Source: Saprospiraceae bacterium
GTDB lineage: Bacteria; Bacteroidota; Bacteroidia; Chitinophagales; Saprospiraceae
DNA: 64,000 bases
Direction: 5' to 3'
NCBI GenBank assembly: GCA_965220465.1
Contig: CBDCPZ010000025.1
Span: 918,936 to 982,935 of the forward strand
Below, piece by piece: positions 59,530 through 64,000 of the stretch. The position numbers were made by a program, and so were the translations under genes. Every line of letters begins with the position of its first letter. Within the stretch, counting starts at the first letter, position 1. The notes beneath the pieces were generated by a model. It did no database searches and had not been told where the DNA came from. It saw only the letters and a program-made list of their open reading frames with translations.

Positions 59530-60357
59530 ATGAAAAGCACCACTCCTGTCAAAATCTGGAATGTTACCCAAAAACAACGCGTCGAGAAAAGTGATTTTCT
59601 TGCTGTAGAAGAACCCGTTGAAATTCAACTAAAACTAAAAGATCAGCCACCAAAGAGCATTTCGATTACCATGCGGACGCCCGGCAATGACTTTGAATTG
59701 GCGATTGGCTTTTTGTTTACCGAAGGAATTATCCAATCAAAAGCTCAAGTCGACAATATTGATTACGCGAAGGTTTGGGAAACCGAAAAAGAAGGAAATA
59801 TTGTTTTAGTTGAAATTGCAGAAGGCGTGGAAATAGATTTTCAAAGGTTGGAAAGACATTTTTACACCTCATCAAGTTGCGGCGTTTGTGGCAAAGCTTC
59901 CATCGATGCTGTGAAATTTAGCGGAATGAAAGAAATCCCTCAGTGGCAGCCTGTATTTGACCATAAATTGGTCCACAATCTTCCGGATTTGCTACGGGAA
60001 AAACAAGCCGTTTTTGAAGATACGGGCGGCCTCCATGCCGCTGCGCTGTTTGATAACACTGGAACCCTTCACCTGCTCCGCGAAGATGTCGGACGCCATA
60101 ATGCCGTTGACAAATTGGTTGGTGCGGCGCTGCTAAAAGAAATGATTCCACTGAATGATTTTCTGATTATGGTGAGCGGAAGGGCCAGTTTTGAGTTGAT
60201 TCAAAAATCGTTGATGGCCGGAATTCCAATACTGGCTGCTGTCGGTGCTCCTTCGAGTTTGGCGATTTCGCTGGCAAAAGAAGCGGGAATGACTGTACTG
60301 GGTTTTGTTCGCGACGAGCGATTTAACATTTACTCAGGTGCTGATCGAATTAGTTAA
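59530..60357 (+). CDS. fdhD: Formate dehydrogenase accessory sulfurtransferase FdhD
   Basis: Has the SSSCGVCG motif and the C-terminal RHNAVDK region. Confidence 0.85.
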   Translation: MKSTTPVKIWNVTQKQRVEKSDFLAVEEPVEIQLKLKDQPPKSISITMRTPGNDFELAIGFLFTEGIIQSKAQVDNIDYAKVWETEKEGNIVLVEIAEGVEIDFQRLERHFYTSSSCGVCGKASIDAVKFSGMKEIPQWQPVFDHKLVHNLPDLLREKQAVFEDTGGLHAAALFDNTGTLHLLREDVGRHNAVDKLVGAALLKEMIPLNDFLIMVSGRASFELIQKSLMAGIPILAAVGAPSSLAISLAKEAGMTVLGFVRDERFNIYSGADRIS

Positions 60358-61088
60358 ATTGGTTTGTTAGCGTATAAAACATTTTCTCCAGCTTTCAAAC
60401 CAAAGAAATCCTCCTTTTCAAAAGAGTTCACTTTTACGGTAAAACCTGCTTTTTCCAGGCGCTGTTTCAATCCATCAACCGAATATATTCGGACATGATC
60501 TTCCTGGTCAAAATGAATTTTTCGATCTTCACGGCTAGTTATCCTTTCATTTTCATAAATATCCCCTTCTTTGAATGGCGTTTGAATAATTGTTGTTCCA
60601 CCGGGCTTCAAAACTCTAAAAAGTTCTTTCATGGCCTGCGAATCATTTTGGATATGCTCCAAAATGTGGTAACAGATGATAAAATCAAAAAGATTGTCCT
60701 CCGTTTCAAGATTTGTAATATCGTATTTCTTGTCCGCTAAAAATTCATTTTCAAAGTCTGTGCTGACATAATCGATCGTTTTGTATTTTTTCAAACGACG
60801 GTAAAGGCTTCGCGATGGTGAAAAATGGAGGATTTTTCCAGTTATTTTCAATTCTTCTCTCAATAACTTCCAAAGTCTTCTGGTTCGAGGCAGGCTTCCG
60901 CAAAAGGGGCAAATCGTATCTCCATTTTCCAAAACAATGAATCCGGAAAGCTTTCTTTCACAAACCGGGCATTGATGTTTCGAGCCGCTATGCCAAATTC
61001 CTATCGGCCATCTCAAAGTTTCCTCCATTTGAAACAAAATGGAATTTGGGAGTATTGATTTTATAGTCTTTTTTAACGTTTGATACAT
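60354..61088 (-). CDS. Class I SAM-dependent methyltransferase with N-terminal CxxC...CxxC zinc ribbon
   Basis: Has CPVCERK...CPFCG and the methyltransferase motifs (LHFSPS; DFIICYHILEH). The preferred start is MYQTLKK at 61088. The ORF track extends to 61148. Confidence 0.6.
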   Translation of the reverse strand: MYQTLKKTIKSILPNSILFQMEETLRWPIGIWHSGSKHQCPVCERKLSGFIVLENGDTICPFCGSLPRTRRLWKLLREELKITGKILHFSPSRSLYRRLKKYKTIDYVSTDFENEFLADKKYDITNLETEDNLFDFIICYHILEHIQNDSQAMKELFRVLKPGGTTIIQTPFKEGDIYENERITSREDRKIHFDQEDHVRIYSVDGLKQRLEKAGFTVKVNSFEKEDFFGLKAGENVLYANKPI

Positions 61089-61180
61089 TATAATTTTTAC
61101 GAAAACCAATTGTAATATTAAAAAAGGAAAATCAACACCAACGGCCACTTTTCCTTTTTTACAACAAAAATAATCAACAA

Positions 61181-62848
61181 TTATTCGAACAGAATCTTGC
61201 CTGTTTTAAAATTGCCATGATCGTCTTCAATCCGATAGAGGTAAATTCCGTTGGTCAACCCTTCACGATTTATTTTTATAAGGTTGCCAACTGTGCTTTC
61301 TTTGTATTTCAGTTCTCTTCCAAGCAAATCAAAAATACGCAGCCGAACATCACCTGAACCCGCTGGTAACTCAAAGGTTAAATCATCCCGTGCAGGATTT
61401 GGAAAAACAGAAATCTCGTCCAAAGGGCTATAAATACCTTCCACGGCATTTGGGTTTTCGAAAACGACGCCAGTCGTATCCTCCGTGTACATCAGGATCA
61501 TAACCATCATTTCATCATCCGAAGTTGGTCCAAACCAAACCGGTGAGGGGCCATTATTTTCGTAGGTCGCTTCATGAATGATCCCGTTTGAAGCATTGAA
61601 AGTGATTGGCAAAAATGGTTCATAATAGAGCATCGGAATATGTTGATAATCATAGAACGGAGAAACGCATCCGGGAACCCCCAAAGCGCATGAAGCGTCG
61701 TAAATCAGCTCTCCTTGACTGCTATTTTCTCTTTTGTAAACTTTGTAACCGGTTCCCCATTGATGCGTATGCCCCATGATTCCCCAGATAAAAACTTCTC
61801 CAATATTATCATTGACAATCTGAGTTTCAATGTCTTCATTTCCATTATTATCAATATAAATATTATCATTTACTATCAGTTCAGTTTTCATTTCCTGAGC
61901 CGCAGTTCCGCTTGCTTGTGTGTAAATATTGACATAAACCTCAGCTTGATAAGTATTGGTTGCTGAATAATTGATGTAGTGAGAATTCAGATCCAACACC
62001 AGATCATTGTCCCAAATAAACGCAGTACCCTGCGGAAGCTTTAAATCAGTCGCTTCCTGAACAGCCGCAACCAAACCAATCCCGTTGTGGTAAGCATTGG
62101 ACCGTAAACCCGGACTTAGGTTTTGGGCATACGACGGATTATCAAAATCGTATATAATAAAGTGGTGAGATGAAGTAGCGATTTTGATATCCACACGTGT
62201 AACATCCACATCAACTGGTAAATCGAGTTCATATTTTTGGAAATATTCCAATTCATCTCCCACTTGACCTGAAGGTCTCAAATAAAAGGGTCCCATTTTG
62301 ATTTGAAATCCTTCATTTGCAGCGGGTGGTTCGGGAGCATCGTTTGGAAAGCTAGCAAGGCCATTTACATTGTAATAATCAAATATCACCTGCTCATCAA
62401 TCACTTCTCCGATTACAGGAGCACCGTATAAAATCCATTGCCGGATTAATTCTTTTTCTTCAATAGTAAGTTGAGGTTCGGAGGCTGGTGGTTGGGCAGC
62501 CCCTTCTTCGGTTTCAAGATGAATCGTTTGTTCCAGTCCATCACTTATTTTTCTAAATAAATAACTTCGATCTGTACGACCCGGATAAATATATTTATAC
62601 CCTTTACTTTCCGCAAAGCTATTGTCCGGAGTCACATTGACGATATTATTGTACACATCAAGTACTTGCGCTTCCATATTGATTCCGGCGCCTTCCAAAT
62701 CCAGTCCACTTTGGGGAGCATTATGGCCATGGCAACTGATGCATTTTTCCTGAAATATTTCAAAAACGCGAATACTTGTCGATTGGGCCATTAGTCCAAA
62801 ACTCATGAAGTTCATCAAAAAGACAAGTGAGAGTATTTTTTTCATCAT
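61181..62848 (-). CDS. T9SS-exported c-type cytochrome (PSCyt1-like) fused to a PHM/DBH-like copper monooxygenase
   Basis: Has a signal peptide. A CISCH haem-c motif (residues 36-40) is followed by an L..EE..LI..WI..GAP element typical of the PSCyt1 domain. The candidate copper ligands are HH (228-229), H290, HTH (360-362) and Met-rich MMVMILM (~447-453), with PHM-like 60-70-aa spacing. The C-terminus is a T9SS sorting domain (ISVFPNPARDDLTFEL...GIYLYRI). Confidence 0.6.
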   Translation of the reverse strand: MMKKILSLVFLMNFMSFGLMAQSTSIRVFEIFQEKCISCHGHNAPQSGLDLEGAGINMEAQVLDVYNNIVNVTPDNSFAESKGYKYIYPGRTDRSYLFRKISDGLEQTIHLETEEGAAQPPASEPQLTIEEKELIRQWILYGAPVIGEVIDEQVIFDYYNVNGLASFPNDAPEPPAANEGFQIKMGPFYLRPSGQVGDELEYFQKYELDLPVDVDVTRVDIKIATSSHHFIIYDFDNPSYAQNLSPGLRSNAYHNGIGLVAAVQEATDLKLPQGTAFIWDNDLVLDLNSHYINYSATNTYQAEVYVNIYTQASGTAAQEMKTELIVNDNIYIDNNGNEDIETQIVNDNIGEVFIWGIMGHTHQWGTGYKVYKRENSSQGELIYDASCALGVPGCVSPFYDYQHIPMLYYEPFLPITFNASNGIIHEATYENNGPSPVWFGPTSDDEMMVMILMYTEDTTGVVFENPNAVEGIYSPLDEISVFPNPARDDLTFELPAGSGDVRLRIFDLLGRELKYKESTVGNLIKINREGLTNGIYLYRIEDDHGNFKTGKILFE

Positions 62849-63087
62849 GATATTGAGGGGTTTTTATGATAGAAAAACTTATAGCATTTCAAATGTAATA
62901 ATTTCAACCACAAACATTTATTATGTTTCTTACAAATTACTGTTTTATTTAAGTCACAATTGTTAAAATTTAAAATTTCAGAACGGATAAATTATTAAAA
63001 ATAGGTAGATTTACTTTATCAAAAATTCATATTTCAGATTCGTGTTTTTATGTTTTTGATTTTCAAAAAAACTAAATCCATCTATTA

Positions 63088-64000
63088 TGAAAAGATCAAT
63101 TTTCACTTTATTCGTTTTTAGTTACGTTGTACTATTTCCTACATTTTCAACAGCGCAGGATTTTCCGTATTATTTTTCTGTGGAAAACGGAGTGTATGCT
63201 AACCTGACAGATCCCATTTCTCTGAATAACGGGGAGGTTTGGGATGATCCTGATTTTATCATTCCGGTTGGGTTTCAATTTGAATTTTTTGGACAGGATT
63301 ATGATACGCTATTCTCGTTTGAAGCCCTTGGAGCCTTATTGTTTGCAATCAACTCCGGAGACCCAATATTACCTACATTGATACCTTTTGGCGATGACCT
63401 TATTGATAGAGGTGACATAGTGGAGCAATCAATGTCCCCGATTTCATATAAAACTGAAGGAAATCAAGGTAGTCAAATCTGCAAAATAGAATGGCAAAAC
63501 GCAGGGTTTTATAATGAATTAGCGGAGTTAAATCAAAGTTTAAGTTTTGTGAATTTGCAATTGTGGCTATATGAAGCAACCGGTGATATTGAAATTCATT
63601 TTGGGCCAAACCATATTGAAGATGACGTAATCTGCTATGAAGGCAATCATGGACCTATTATCGGATTAATTGATTCGGTTTATCTTATTGAGGACGAACT
63701 CGGCACTTTTTGGTATTTAGGAAATGACCCGAATGATCCCGATATACTTAATGTTGGTGAGATTATTGATTTTCCTGGAGAAGTCCCTAATCTGTTAACA
63801 GGAACACCAACTGATGGGGTTATTTATAAATTTTCTCTCAGCCCGGTCAGTGTGCATCAAACTAATTATTTAGAAAATGTAAAAATATTCCCAACGCTAA
63901 CTGAGGGAATCATCCACATTGAATCACTGGATCAAAACCCTTTGAATATGGTAATTGTTGACAGTAATGGAAAAATTGTATTTGAACGAAAATCCGTCCG
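63088..64000 (+). CDS. Secreted protein with T9SS C-terminal sorting domain, 3'-truncated at the window end
   Basis: An uninterrupted ORF runs from ATG 63088 to the window end. It has a signal peptide (MKRSIFTLFVFSYVVLFPTFSTAQ), and its last residues (KIFPTLTEGIIHIESLDQNPLNMVIVDSNGKIVF) are T9SS-like. Confidence 0.55.

Noticed and set aside
1-64000. Search for rRNA, tRNA, tmRNA, SRP RNA and CRISPR arrays
   Set aside because: No cloverleaf-like conserved tRNA boxes, no rRNA-like stretches and no regularly spaced direct repeats with unique spacers were seen in any gap.

Overview
This window reads as a low-GC (~35%) Bacteroidota chromosome segment, probably Flavobacteriia- or Sphingobacteriia-like. 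The evidence is several predicted proteins ending in T9SS C-terminal sorting domains, TTG/GTG starts, and AT-rich intergenic DNA. The first ~35 kb and last ~14 kb are mostly housekeeping or conserved genes: parE, lon, metF, fahA, the prs–rplY operon, the dps operon, the yqiJ-like/flotillin pair, ftsK, and mobA–fdhD. They are interleaved with secreted proteases and repeat proteins. The stretch at ~35–50 kb looks accessory. It holds three unrelated insertion sequences: an IS5-family element at 35404..36343, an IS1634-like element at ~39.5–41.3 kb, and an IS630-family element at ~48426..49532. The IS630 element interrupts a TPR–adenylate-cyclase gene with a TA duplication. The same stretch carries a ParA ATPase paired with a small ribbon-helix-helix protein bearing ParB-like N-terminal LG-R peptides, and two ~85%-identical copies of a ~110–145-bp intergenic repeat. 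Other notable items follow.
- A T9SS-exported protein fuses a PSCyt1-type c-cytochrome domain to a PHM/DBH-like copper monooxygenase domain (61181..62848). It is followed by a Zn-ribbon methyltransferase.
- A PadR regulator has a perfect palindrome in its promoter and is coupled to a membrane protein with a DUF1700/HAAS-like N-domain and an extracytoplasmic M23 peptidase.
- A DUF2157-like membrane gene is frameshifted at a T5 run.
- A T9SS protein is built from ten ~29-residue W/Y-rich repeats.
- The metF leader contains a possible riboswitch-like element.
No rRNA, tRNA or CRISPR array was found. Coordinates counted by hand (repeats, hairpins, IS ends) may be off by ±1–2 nt.
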